The notes under the pieces were generated by a model. The model did not search any database. It was not told where the DNA came from and saw only the letters and a program-made list of their open reading frames with translations. 64,000 nt of DNA from Fimbriosthenelais zetlandica (lineage: Eukaryota), in contig OZ365113.1 of assembly GCA_977030845.1 (NCBI GenBank), forward strand, positions 31,000,001 through 31,064,000, written 5' to 3'. Position numbers and translations under genes: made by a program. Shown in pieces: positions 37,201-51,700 of the stretch (its first letter is position 1; each line of letters opens with the position of its first letter).

Positions 37201-40200
37201 ACAGTCAAGCAGAAGTTAATGCATTCTTGTAATTTGTTTTCCTCCCTGCCTTTACAATTTTCTCTGGGAAATGCAATCCTGGCAGAGCAGAAGAGAAGGA
37301 GGCCAGCTATTGTCCGGGCGCCTCCGTTATGAGTTCATAGGGTAAAATGTACATTTTTTTGTATGATATATCTGTCAGGAAATACAGGGCGGTCCGGGTA
37401 ATAAATGGTCCCCATGACATTCCCCTGCCTTGGACTAGCCACCCTGAAATCCCATCTAAGACGGTCGTTACAATTAGGCGCGGTGGAATGCAGCATTTGC
37501 CCCGGTCATATTAATGGTCACTGGCCTCTTGTGCTGACCCCTCAGGTTATCTATCACCAGTTTGTGATTTCAGAGCTCCTAGGATAATATCCTTCATTTG
37601 TCCTTAACCTGATCTTGCTTCCTTCTAAGTGCAGGTCAGAAGCAATGGAGGTCAGTCTGATGGGACTCATAGAGAAGCCCCAGCCCTGTCCCTAGTTGTA
37701 ATTAGTCGGTCAGATCATTGCCCTACCAACTGCCCTTCAAAAAGTCACCCCACTCCGAGCCATGATCCAGACTCCAAGGCTTTGCCCACATCTAATAACA
37801 GCCCCCTATGGACCACCTAGGGTTTTATTATCCAACCCCCTCCACCCCCGCAATCCTACCCATGTCTTTGCATACAGAAAGTCACTTCGCTTTTGGCACG
37901 GTCATTTATTCCACCACAGCATCCCAATCAATAGAGGTGTGAGAAATTCAACCTTAGACCTAAGCCCTGATTCTGACCTATTGACAATTGGTGCTGGAAG
38001 TTTACCGGCAGAAAGTCATCAAGGATTCGGGCCTGGTGTGCAGTTATTGTCACCATGGGAGAAGTGGAGGCTGTCGAGGGACATGGCTTAAACTCCTCTA
38101 CCAGAATGCCAGTGGCGCCTCGAGGCGCCAAGCCAAAAAGTTAGGCAAGTCCAACTATTAATCAAATATATATCCTGGAGAGTAGCACATTGATGTTTAA
38201 GCCAATGTGATTTATATTTACGGAATCCATCCGTTGAAGTTTCACTGTAATTCTAAATTCTCGGCTTCCTTTTCGCCTTGTCTGAATGAGTCATTCGTCA
38301 ATACAGGTATATCATTTTCTCAAAATATTCATGGGCAATTGAACCATCAAAAATAACATTCAATTTCAGAAGTTAATCTCTTTCATATACCTTAAAGTTG
38401 TGCCAAGATGCCATGGGATCCAGAAATCTTCAAGCTATTGTGCCCAAAGTAGCCAGGACTTAGTAATATGATATCAAATATATAGTCAAAGTTATGTCTT
38501 GGTAGTGGCGTGTTTTGTGATCACGTGGAATAGTATGTATGTATATAGAGAAGTAAAGCCAGCCTGTATCGAGGGATATAGCATCACTTCTTGACCACGT
38601 GACTACGTTATCTTATGGCAATTTGCCCATTAGATCTTTGCTCCGTCCCGGAGGCCGGCTGGAAAAAAGCAAGGTCAAATGTCAAAGCCTTTCCATATAC
38701 ATAAGCCCGTATCAGGGAATGATTTTTGAAACTGCGAAATTAGCCTGTCCAATGGCAGCACTACAGAATAACAAATGCTACCATTTGGGAGGGACGAAAT
38801 AACAAGAAATGGACAATCAGGAGTCAGACGCTCATTTTACCAGAAATCGAACACTACTGGTGAATTGGCCCGCCTGGCGCCTTGGGAATCCCAAGCTGGC
38901 GCCCAGCGATGCTTAATATATTACTGAAGGAAATTTCTTTTCTTTGCTATTGTCCTGCCAGGCTATTAATATCACATGAGCCTTCAGTTTTATCAAGCAC
39001 CAAAGCCGGGTGAATCTTATCGGGGAGGGACCCCTGTGTCCGTTGTTTGGAATTAATCCCACCATAAGACCACGGATGATGAGACTGACTCCGATTTCCC
39101 CCGGAAGTCCCCCCGATTTTCCTTACACACGTATACATCATCCTCCCCGCGGGCCTGTCCACAGTTATTAATAGTTTTGAAATTCCGTCCGAATTTTCAT
39201 CGGTGATGACCGTTGGTCAAGATGGATGTGAACTGTCAATGAGGACTGCCAGCGTGTCCACGGTCATGTTTTAACCAAATATCGGTTGTTTTTTCAGACC
39301 TTTTCCCCCAAGCCTTTCAGAACATTGTCTTTTGAGTTTGTTTATTTCCTAAGCAGTTAAATTAAGATTTTGATAAGATACGATGGCTTATTTCGTTTGT
39401 CGTTGTCAAAAGTCGAGGGCAATGTTGGTAAATGGCCTATGGATGGATTAGAATTAATGATACCCCCACTGCGCATGCTCAGACGCCAAACCATAAATCA
39501 GACAAGGCCAACGAGTTTGTTTCTGGCCAAAGATTCATAATTTTCTGCCAATTTCTTCCGCAAAGATTTATCTGGGGATGAGTACATGGCCAAAGCCGAT
39601 TTATGATGAATTCGCTGTAACCTGACAGAACTGTTTCATTATTGTTGATCCTCATATTGCACAGACAATTTTTCATCACAATTCTTCTATTGATTTACCA
39701 TCAATTGCCTCTTGTGTATAAAGACAGTCACGAAAGGAAGGATCCAAACTTGGGTAAAAAATTCAGTTCTTCATGCCAACCGGATTTAATCATTGATAGA
39801 AAAACTAGCGCCTCACTTTAACAGAGTAAATAAAGTGTTCTACAAAACCCCCATGAACTGTCCGCCCAAGAAGTTTGATATGTTGACACTTTTTTAAGCC
39901 TGTGCAAGCTTCCATTTTTCCAAACAGGAAATGACTTTCAAACGCAAAAATTAACTAAATTGGTGTGCATAAATACAAGATAATGCTTGGAGTAATACTC
40001 GCTTGGCTAATTTGTATTTCTTTTAAACAAACTGATTGATGGTTGATGGTGATGCACATAAAAGAAAGCAACATTTTGTCAATTTCATTACAATGGATCA
40101 TTTTTGTCACATTTTGGCATAACAACTCTTAATTTTGCAGTTGCTGTCAGAACTTGAAAAGCAGAAGCATGAGAACAATGCCCTCAAAAGAAAAGCCGTT

Positions 40201-41020
40201 GATTCAAACCAGGATGCAAGAGTTACAGTAAGTACCAAAAGTTCGTTATCAATCAACTTTGTGTTAATTTATGCTATTTTAAGGGAAATGTTCTGTAAAG
40301 CTTTTTTTCATTATAGTAATCATGTATGGATTTTTTATCAAGGAATTGGAGGCCAAGGTGGCAGAGCTACAGGACAGAGAGGAAAGACTGACAGAGGAGA
40401 ATTCACGGTTGGAGGAGGTCAAGGATAACCAACTGAGGGAGATCCAACATCTCAACTGTGTCCAGGACCAGAACGATCACCTGAAAGAGCAACTGAGAGT
40501 AGCTTACCAGAAAAACAAGGAACTGGAGTACAAGGTGGAGCGATTAGAGCGGGAACTCTCAGACACAGGCCAAACAGAGCAGGAGGAACTGATGGGAACT
40601 CTCAGAAACAAACTTACTCTACTCCACAATGACAGGTCACAGTGGGTAAACAGGGAAAAGGTGCTGGAAACTGAAATCTTAGCACTGAAAGAGGAAATAT
40701 CTAAACTGAGGAAAGCTCTGAATGACTCGGAGAGAATGAGAGGAGATTTACATTATCAAATGGATGAATTGTTGAAAGAGATAAATGCATTAAAACAGAG
40801 GACTCTGGCTGAAAGCAATGGACAGGCATTCAAGGACTTTGTACAGATCAAGCGGGAGGTTTCTCAATTAAGGGATGAAAATAAAGAGCTGAAAGAGAAG
40901 GTTAGGACCCGAGGAGTCACAACACTACCCAGCTTAGCACCAAATGGGACTATTCTGACAGGAAAATTCGACAGGAGAAGTCGCGAATCAAGTTCCTTGT
41001 CCTTACTAAGTTGGAAATAA
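25292..41020 (+). CDS. Uncharacterised coiled-coil protein (~370-410 aa); exons 25292-25435, 26311-26445, (26920-27045, uncertain), 36764-36826, 40141-40227, 40343-41020
   Basis: All junctions are phase 0 GT-AG (GAG|gtgag, ttccag|TGT, GAG|gtgaac, ctacag|TTG, AAA|gtatgt, ttgcag|TTG, ACA|gtaagt, atcaag|GAA). The product is E/K/L/Q-rich with heptads (e.g. ELEAKVAELQDREERLTEENSRLEE). AATAAA at 41175. No family recognised; the 5' exons are less certain than the 3' exons. Confidence 0.72.
27801..27847. promoter_or_regulatory. Pair of palindromic E-boxes (CLEAR/USF/TFEB-type TCACGTGA) in a CpG-rich patch
   Basis: atcacgtgac at 27801-27810 and gtcacgtgac at 27838-27847. Confidence 0.4.
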
Positions 41021-41174
41021 TTAAAATATAGCATCAAGTATTTCAGAAAAGTCAATATAGCTATAAGAGTAGGTTATATATTCTGTAGAAAAATCTCTCA
41101 TATTTTCATTAAGATTTCAGTCTATTTTAGCGTAATTTCATAGCCCCACGAACTGTTTTTTGTCATCGGGTGTT

Positions 41175-41180
41175 AATAAA
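41175..41180 (+). terminator. Candidate poly(A) signal of the coiled-coil gene
   Basis: AATAAA 155 nt after the stop codon. Confidence 0.5.
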
Positions 41181-42719
41181 GTATTCCATTTAGTCCATAG
41201 GGACAAAAAAACAGTTTTTCTTGCGGTGCGTTTAATGGAAACCTTTTACGAATGTCAAAGACTGCTTCCCTGACTCGGTGAGGCAAACCGTGATAATTGT
41301 GCCAGATATAATCACGATCATCCGTTAACACTGTATCTCTGACAAGTAGGCAAAAGCGAACAAATTTGTCCTTTTGTCTGCTACAAATGTTGCCATTATG
41401 TTTGCCCACAACTGACCGCATCCATTTCGGCCATCAGAAGAAGCTGAGAGACCAGAGCCCATTTGATCTCTAAGTAGTTACCTTGGGCTTCAATAGGTCT
41501 GTCTCAGTATCAGGCTCCCATTATAACACCTCAGCATGCAAGAACGCGCTTAAGATACACCCTGCCTGGCATTCAGATTGGCCCACCAAGGAAGGTGTCT
41601 TTAGTCTGTGCTTGAAAGATGAGATTACTAGGAGAATAGAGTTGGATGGTTCCTCCACAGGAAAAGTGCTTGTGTCAGAGATAGTGATAGGTGAGATACA
41701 AGCCACTAAATACCTCCATTTTAGGGATGGCCGGAGGGCAAGTTGGGTCAGTGAAAGGAAGGCCAGATTGGAATTCAGGCGGAGTGACATTTATAGTGAC
41801 ATCATTCTCTGCTAGTTGTTTGAATGGATCATGCTATGTCTCCACAAGTACAAGTCTTCAAAACACATCCATCCTCATCATGATCAGGATTTTTTTCCCC
41901 ATTTTATTCCCTCCCTTTGCAGAATTTGTTTATGATTTGCACAAATTTTATGACTCATTTCTCCCATGTCTTTTAACTGTGGAAAGATCAAAGATCGATG
42001 CCAAGGTCTACATGCAAATGGCATCTTTTTCCAAACCCATTGCCTGGAGCTCGAAGAAAGAGAAAAAGGTCCATATCCCATTCCTCAATCAGATGAAAAG
42101 ATATAATTGAAGGCCTAATAGGATAGTTTCGTGAGAATTGCCCGTTAAATCTATACCTTATTATACACACATTGTTTGATCGAGCTCAAAGATGCCAAGG
42201 CGTGTCAGAAACAGACAAGTTCAACAGAAAAATCCAAAGAACTGGCAAAATATGATTAATGACTTCCATGAAAATTAAAGAAAGCTGTCAAAAGAGGGAG
42301 GGGTGCTCCCAAATAGATTGCAGGCGGTGTTCATTCTTTGTCTCAGTACAGAAATATTCTTGATGAAAAAGCTTTCCTTTGACGTTACTCTTTGAATTGA
42401 GAAGAAAGCCATCAGATGCACTAAAAATATTTAGACTGCAAGTCGCACCATCTCTGTTTCCGATCATAATATCCTTTTGATATGGGCAAACCAAATACAA
42501 GTTGTTGTATATATAGACATTGTCCAGATAAACTTCTTGAAAATATACAGGGGTATCACTGAAGTTTCACTACATGGCATAGTATGGAGGACTTCATATA
42601 TATATGATATTTAGTGAAAAAGACGTCTAATATTTGTGGACAATACAAGCAAGAACGAATGTCAAAAACCACCGTCCAAAACACGCCCTTTATGAGTCTT
42701 CCACCACTGTGCCCATCTC

Positions 42720-42795
42720 CAGGCCGCGGGGCCCGTGACGCAGCACTTCCGGTTCGCCCATCAGCAGACGCATGCGTAGATGCAGCCGGAAATTA
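42720..42795. promoter_or_regulatory. CpG-rich promoter/enhancer-like motif cluster
   Basis: gtgacgca (CRE half-site), acttccgg (ETS), acgcatgcgt (NRF1-like palindrome) and ccggaaat (ETS) within ~75 bp. Confidence 0.35.
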
Positions 42796-45700
42796 TCTAT
42801 TCGTTTCTACATCCGTCTTAGACTCCCTTCTTTATGGTTTTTGCTAAGTGACTGACCTCCAATTTATAAGATTGAGGTTAGAATTCCACTGTCATGGGCC
42901 AGACATTGATTTTGATTACAAGAATTTCACTTCCCTGAGATGTGATTTCGTTTCTCAATTTTTAACATCTTGCCGAATTTGTTGTTTGACTTTTAAGAAC
43001 ATCTTTAACAATTAAGACCTCATGTAACAAAAGCAGAGCAAAATTAATCATAGCTTTGCTGAGCAGATTCATTTCATGATGTTCTGAATTATCGCTCACC
43101 AATTACCACATAAAATGGGAAAAATTAATACTGTAAAATTTCAATAAACAGAAAAGAACATTTGGACTCATTAAATGGCCAATAAGGCGAGGGGAAATGA
43201 ACAATTGGTGCATGCCAACTTCTAATAGCGATGAGACACATGTAGGGCCTAAGCGTTTTGAATATTGCCAATGTCAGATGCTAATCAAAGCGGTCTTCCA
43301 GCATGGCAATGGCAAATCAGAGGAGAACATTAAAGGGGGAAGCGGGCCAGAAACAGTCATTGTTCTCAATGGGGAAAGCGCAGATTTCTCTACAATCAGG
43401 TTCACGGGCAGACATCATATTTTCCTGAGATCATATCCTGATAGTGGCTCAGAATTATGATTCTTATTATTTTGATTTCTTTTGATCTTATCTTCCTTTG
43501 GAACAAGAACGTGCCATATCTCAAAAGACGCACAGGAATTCCTACCCCCCCAAGGGGGCACCAGCAAGGCCGTCAAGACTTCAAAGAGGTCTTAACTTTG
43601 ATCTCTACCGCTAGAGGAGCCTGTGGGCAACTGGGGCATGGCAGAAGTTTCCCTCTGACAATGAGATGATTTTTGTCACGTTTTATTGCAGAATCACTTC
43701 TTTCATGAGTTGATCTGTTGAACACTAATACATGTCCTTTCCTTTGTATTGTATATCAATAAGTATTAACAGATTCATTTAGGAGCTTATTCAAAACGAA
43801 CAAAAACGGTTAAAACTAAGAATGCAAAGATTTGTTTTCCCTCAGCTTGGATTTCCAATAAAATTTCATTCTTTGTTCGCTTCCACTGTCTGAAAATGAC
43901 ACAAAATGAGATATTTTTTAAAAAGTCAAAAGCTCACTTATGTTTTATTCTAAAGAAATTCTCAACTTGTGCATGAATATCAATTAAAGTTTCATAGACA
44001 TTTTTGTGAGGCCCATCATGCCATATCTTCCCCTAATATCTCCCAAATGAATATTGGAAGATATCTATTACAGGAGAAGAAAGTCATCCCCCCTGCCGTG
44101 ATTTTAAATCCAAAAATTGTCAGATTGACCATTTGTTTAGGAAAAAATGACCTAAAACAAATCTCAAGAGCTTGGCGAAGATTGCCGTCTGAGCGCTTTT
44201 TCCTAGTTATGGTCATTCAAATAAAGCTGCACTTGACAATTTACAAAATAAAATGTCGCCCATGGATCAGACCATAATCCCCGGGAGTGGGGAGAGAGTG
44301 CATTATCCAGCCCATAGCCATAGAGGGTGTGAAAGCACACTGGTAGTCTTAAGTAATTAATGTCCAGCACTTTAAGCTCAAATCTGATGTATTGTACTAT
44401 TAGGCTGTAAACTCTGTAAAATAATGAGAGTGAAGATTGAATGGCAACGATTAGTGCGCCCTTCCGAAGGGGATTAGCATTAACCCATTTGGGAAAAGAA
44501 AGACAAATAGGTCCGGGTGGGAAGGTTGGGTATTCTAAAGCTTGAGGTCTTCGCATGTTTCAATTATATTCTCTGCCTTGCGAGCTCAGTGTTAATAAAA
44601 AAAACACCGCAGGGGTATTCCCTCAAGTGATTTACAAATGATCATCGAGGGAGTGAGGGTTCATTCAAATGAGTTTAAGTCGCCTAAAGTGATGATCATG
44701 AGAGCTTTGTTCTTGTTTTGGAGACAGAGTAGGGTACAGGGCCTGGTATCTCTAGGTAGAGGGCAAGGGCTTTTAATTAAGCATGTGTACTCTCCTATCC
44801 TTCACCCTTGATCAAAGACTTCCATTGATCTAGGAGGCTGTTTGTAAATGGGGGATTCATGGCCTTCACCAAAGGCATGTAACCACCGTGCAAATTACAA
44901 CAGCAATCAGGCCCTAAAAACTCCATCCTTCTGGCACTTTGGAGCTAGTGCCCCATTCATGGGTGGTGGGAGTAACTGAACGATCGGTTGGAGGGGAGGT
45001 AGGCCAGCAAAAAAAACACAGTCAACCCCAAGGGTATTATCCACGTAATCAGCTAGGATCATCTTAAATGGCTGATTAATCGGATGTTGATGAGGATCAG
45101 ATAAAAAGAGGTTGTGTGTACTCCGTCTTTTTAACACTCAAGGTGTCATCTTCGATCTCAAGATGAGGCCAAACATTTGTTATCTCACTTCCTCCTGAGG
45201 AAGAATGTTAGATCTTTCCCTCACTTTACTGTTTCATAGGCTTATCTTTTATAAAAGGTCTTAATTAAAGCAACCATGACAATTCACATTAATATATACT
45301 TTCAGACTTTAATTTATAGGCAATTTGCATATAGGCCTATAGGCAATGAAAACAAGTATCCTGAAATCAAGTTCTTATTTAATAATCTAATCCTTTTGTC
45401 ATTTTTAGGTAAAGAATCAAAATTTATTTTTCCTGGGAGTGTTTATATTTGTGGCAACTTGAAGATTTCCCTCATAATTTGAGATTCGCTCTTCCACTCA
45501 AACCAGACGTCATGGATGGATCTTTCAAGCTTTGTGGACTCTTTACTAGAGACTAATATAAGACTGTGTAACCCTTGAACCCTTACCTAAAGAACCTAAA
45601 CAGACTGGCAGACAGGTAGGTAAGAGATGAGAGTCGTTAGCCCTCATTGATCTGAGCGACAGGCGGGCGAGGGTGCGATCAATCGCTGAAACATGATGAA

Positions 45701-48700
45701 ACCGCGTACTCACATTAAGAGAAGCCTGTCAGAATTGACATTGATCTCGCTCACCATGCCGAGGGGAATTACTTATTACACTTAGTGTCCAGGCCTGGCA
45801 GTGTTTAATTGATACCAGTCAATAGTACTGCCCCGCTGCCAGAGTCTGGAGCATGTAAAGCAATGCGTCTGCCATTGCCATCTGTGCAAGAGGCCAAAGC
45901 GAAGGCAATGTGGGGGGCAAGTGGGACCCCGGCCCCTGACTTTGCTTAATTTCCTTCCACTGCTGTTGTTTCTGTCCAATTACCCAGCTGCATTGTGCAT
46001 ATTCATAAATCACACTGCAATTATGAAGGAGATCCTCAGTCGTCCTCGTCCATGGCCAAGTCTGGAATGGCAGAACGCACCTCTGAACCCGGTCAATTAG
46101 GGTAAGGATTGCTTCGAGTAGAAGTCATTAAGATTGGACACCCTAGGGGAGTGTCATTCACTCAAAGATCCTTTACACTGGCCAAGTGTTTGCCTAAAAG
46201 AAACCCTGCAACGGTACATAGGAAAGGCCCCCAAGGTTCTACCAGAGTCATTAGGACTTGAAGGGAATGGGGAAAGAAGTTTTATTGATTAGGACGTCCG
46301 AAACAATTATGGCCGCCTTAATATGCTGGCAGCGCTTGTTGGCCTTCAAACAACTTGCCTGCACCAACTGGTGCATCTATATATCATTAGAAGTCTTTCT
46401 CATAAATCCCAAGATGTCTGAGAAAAGTTTCTAATAAATTCTTTAATCAGCTAATTTCTATAATCTGAAAATGATGGCCGCACAACTAAGACACTACAGG
46501 AGAAATAAATCTTGATGACAATTATAGAGAAACAGATGATTTATAATATTCAGAAACGAATCTAATATAAAATTGTAAAACCATGTATACATGTAGGGAC
46601 GATTTATAGGATCTATGAATATATTTTCCTATTATTCTTCAGCGACTACATGGCTGCCCTGTCAGGAGACAGAATTCTCCCATTTTCATTCTCATTATTC
46701 CGACTAACAAGAAGAAAGCAATACAATTTTGCCTTCCATTAGGAACTCCGAGATAACTACCCGTACAATTGTCCACTACATAAACAATCCCCTGCTGAAA
46801 TATGTAAATACGATCCATGTTTCAACTACTGATGGCAGAGCTCAAACTTCCTTCGTTGTTTGACGCCATTTTCTTTGCTGGGCGATAATAAGGGCGATGA
46901 GCGATAATCGGGGATCTGCAAGGTCGTGACTGGGAGGACCGTTATGTCATGAGATCACGAAGTGGTCGAGGAAATAATCCAGCAGAAAACGCCAGGCGAA
47001 CATTTTTCATGGTCATAAGTGTCATTAGAGGCTTGAGACCTGTGACTTCCGGTCACTTGGCCAATCTCATTGGGCCTGAAACATTAAGGCAATCCAAATA
47101 CATCACCTATGAGATCATTTATACTTTCTCTGCACGAGCATGGTATAATGGAATGTCTGCGACTCTAGTATACTGATACAAAATCTTCACACTGTTTCAT
47201 TTGGAAAAATTATCCCACAAAATTATTACACACTTATACTTCTGGACAAATTAGCAAGGCAGTAAATATCCACAACTACTTTGCAATTGATTCGCAATAC
47301 TCTCTGGTCTTCTTTGACTGACAGTGTTGCTTTAAGTTAGCCTATTTTATTTTATGATCATTTATATTTTGAGCCCAGAACAGATGTGGCTGTTTTAACA
47401 CAGAATTAGCTAGGTCCTTCGCGTTTCCCTAGGTATATTACTTCAATGACATCTAAAGGAATTGGTTCAAAGGATAGCACTAAAATTTGTGGTTCCTGAC
47501 AATTTTCAGTTCATCAATCAATAGCTTTTTGATGTCCAAGTACTAGGGGGAACTAACGACGTCTCATTGGAAGGACAAGTTGAGTTCAAAATGACATACG
47601 TCAGAGGAACGTGAATCAAAGTCTAGCTACTCCTCTTATCAAGATGAGAAAAAAAGCCAAACTATCTTTGATTGACATTCTCCAATCTCTCCCGATGCTG
47701 TCTAATGAAAACAATCTTTGGCTGCTGATTGGCCAGTGGCCATCACATGACCGACAGGGTTGGCTTTTGACCTGCTGGGTCTGGGATAATTAGCAAGTCG
47801 CTGAGTCATGCTCATGTAATCAGCACAGAAACAAAGGCAACGTCCATGCCGTACATGTTGCAATGGCGACCCGTGACCTGACGTCATTAGTTGGAGACTG
47901 ACGAAGGTAGACGGGTCAGGGAGCGTCATTATGATTAGAAAAACGTGTCCGCTGATGACCTGTGCTTGGCTGAAATTAGAACCAAAGTTGTTTCTTCATT
48001 GATTAGGGACTATATATACGGTCAGGACTCGCAGATTCTTTTACCCACGAATCACGGGTCCTATACACCGTATACCCGTCGGTTGAGGAACTTTTATGTC
48101 TATTAAATCAATAAATTACTAGGAATATCCAGGGTGTTATAAATTGCCTAATACATCTTGGTGCTAGACATAATTAATTTACCATAATATAATTATATAT
48201 TACTTATGTCTAGACATCTAGACATATACCATGCCCATTTTAGTGGAACTGGCCGAAGTTGTTTTTCTCGTTCACTTCGCCTCAGAAGGAATGAGTTGTC
48301 AGAGAACAACTAGTTTTGTCAAGAAAATTACTTTAGTGCCAAGTGCATAGACAAGTCTGTCATTTTGACTGCCTACAATGATAACTTACTTTACGTATAT
48401 TCTAATTATTGCTACACAGTGTTCTTCAGAAACGGAGATTACCCATTGCATACATACTGATAATGATTACTTTCGGCACTGTAAACTTCCGGAAGCAACT
48501 TACTACATTCAGAAACATGTATGAAAGTCTTTACAAATCAATGTGTCGTTCCAGTACTTAATTATTGATGTCAAAATATGTGTTAAATGTTTTCTGGGTT
48601 CGATGTTGAGACTGTGAACTCAAGAATGTCTCCTAATCAAAGCTGACAAGCAGCATGAAGTCAATTGACAGCACACCCAGAGAAAATTCAAGAGAAAAAG

Positions 48701-51700
48701 CTATAACAGTACTTTGATAACACCAACATCCGAAAAAAAAATCAATAACTCTCTCCTCTTTCTCCTGAGAAAACACATTTTCACCCTTCATCATCATCTC
48801 ACTCAGTTTTTCCAGCTACCAGAGCCCCCTGCAGCTTCCCACCACGGAAAGCCCTTGGGTGACAAAGTTGAAACACTGGAAATAGCATGCTGGATAGATG
48901 TAGGCTTACCAAGGGCTTCTCCTAACATGCACAACCCCGCCAGCACTGCTGGTCTCGATGCCACAGCTCCTTTCACCCATGTGACCGCATATCGCATGTG
49001 GCTTTTAATGAAGACCGCATAATTTTTCTTTGATCCCTGCAAAAAGGCCACCAGAGTTACATCTCGCTGGTGTTCGATGGCACATGATGTCATCTCGGGG
49101 AATGCAAATGCGGCACGCTTTTGTGCCATCAGGGCCGGGGAGGTAAATGAGCAAGGGATCAGGCTAGTTCAGAGTGTATCAGCCATCAAGTGCCAGAGGG
49201 CCACATGTCATTTAGGATGGATTACAAGATGGTAAAAATGTAAGCCCCCACTCTGATGACTCCTACTCCTACCTACTCGCAATATTGCGTATATGGACAT
49301 AGAACAACAATAAGCTGGCCGCGATGGTGATGGTGGGGGTCGGGGGTGCTACAGGCTTACCTTCTGAGACCCATTCATGAAGGGCTCCACAGAGGCCATG
49401 TACCAGTGATGCCCTTCTACTTTTTGCATTATGCAACCTGTGGTTCTACGTACTTATACTGTCAGATTGTCTCTGGATTCACACAAAATATTCACAAATT
49501 TTCACAATGAACTCATTGCAAGCTAAAATTCACCGGTTTGTTTATACACTTTTAATTTTGAATTTACTCAGCACTTAACAAATGAAGAAATACTTATTGA
49601 GAAATTATTGAAAGCTAAAATGCTAAATGTTAGGTTTTAAGAATGACATTAATTTCATTAACTGTTAGTTGGCGACTGTCAGAGTTATAGTTCCCGAATA
49701 TCCCACTGGTGGAGGCACTGAACCTGATGTTCCCTGTTTGGCTGCAAAGGATACAGTGAGTAGGATGTACAAAAATGTCTTCTCGCTGTAAATGTTATTA
49801 CTAGTTTAAAACATTTCAATTCATATTTGAAAAGACACATTGATTAGGATGGGCTTTATTGTGACAGTCGAGCTAAACATCTCTGTTCCAACTAATAATT
49901 CGATTTGAATCAGTTGATACTGAAAGCTGACATTACTTAATGGAGTTTGAAATGTCCCCGAAAAACGGTAAATGAACATTTTATATCAGAATCTAAATTT
50001 ACAAGTCAATTGTACACCTTCAAAGCAAACGCCAAAACACTTTTTAGTCAGTGATTATGGCATACAAAGAGCAGAACGTTGAATCTGAGGCAGGCATTCG
50101 TTCCATTGTTAATGGCAAGTCCAATTTCATTTACAGGCTACGAATCCTTGATGACAATTTTTTGCCATTAATTTCAATTAAATTGTCAATAAAAGGATTA
50201 ATTTTGGGGGAACTTACTTTTAGCTATTTGCTGACGACCAATTTCACAATGGCTTTAGCCAAGCTGGCCTATCATGAATGCCATTGATATGAACGGGTGT
50301 AATTGTTGCTAAAGCTCTTGGCAATAAAATCTCGGAGAAGTAATTTCGGGAGAATTTAAAAGACCATTGTTGGGTTTAATAATGCCTATTGCTTATAGTC
50401 TCTGAGCCTGATGGAATGCATGACACAATGAAGTACATGCTCCCCCAAGTATGGCCGACACGCAATTCAAAGGGGGTAGGGTTGAAGGTAACCTATATAG
50501 GAGGTCCACGGGGAAATGGGGAGGGTACTTTTGGGGTGATGAAATAATGATGTTATTATGAAAAAATTCCCTCTTACACAAGTCCCAGAGTGCTAAATAA
50601 AAGGTTGTGATAGTGAAAATCTTCCTGACTCACATAAACTTTTGTCCATCAATACACCATGTTAACTAATATACATTGTATCAATAAATGATGCATGGGA
50701 AATAATACTTATATAGAAAGTATCTCCATGCTCGATTTCTATAAACCCCTGTTTGTAACGTGCGTAGTGCAATGTACTGGGGGGCAAAGCTGGTGATAAG
50801 CGTTCTCATAAAGGATGGAGAATCTTTAGCGGGGCATGTTGTCAAGAGATAGTCATGTCCAGCAAGATGGGGGAGGGGGTGGACCACCTACATCTAATCC
50901 TGACCAGTTTCATCACATCCATACCCTATACACACCTCTGATATCTACTAAAGTTTTAGTTTGATAGTAAAGGTTCTACTCCTAGCACAAGGAAAAAAAT
51001 TCAATGCAATTCCTATTTGTCCCAGGCATAGAACAATTCAACCAATCATGCTATCTATGGGATGCTATCAAAAAATGTACCTCCTTTCTCATTCGTTTAT
51101 AGTTAACCTATTGCAGTTGGTGCAATGGGGACATAATATTATAGAAAAAGCTTTAGGCCTTTTGGCGATCCTTTTCATCATTTATTATTTCTGATTAATG
51201 TACTTATGACATTGCAACACTATATGGCCCGAAAAGAAAGCCTTGCTGAAACAGTCTCTTCTGGACCTTGTCATCAAAGTCTCTCACCAACTAGTGACGG
51301 GCAAAAAGGATTACCTTCTCAGAAACCACACGCCCGAAGTATTTTAACCCAACAAATTGAACAGAATATGACATTTTGTGATTTCCCCACTTAGCCATCA
51401 CCTACAACTGGAATTTGTTTATCTGGATTGGCGCCCGTGAATGCTGCAGAGCAATCAGTGGGGTTAGAGGGCTGATCAAAATATGAATATCCACATTTAG
51501 AGCTTTGGGGCCCCAGCCCGAGCCCCATCCTACCCTCCAGCCTGCCACACCCGTCAACCTCCCTACCAAATTCCCTTAGTATTAATTGATAGGAAAAAAT
51601 CGGATAAAATTCTGGCGGGAATCGTATTCACTGGCCACTGGGAGCTATTCGATTATGACCCTCGCGCACGCAGTACGATGGGAGGAGAGAAAAAAGAAAA

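Noticed and set aside
41483-42110. Overlapping 90-140 aa ORFs after the coiled-coil gene
   Set aside because: ORFs on both strands with no domain or retroelement motifs and no consistent splice sites.
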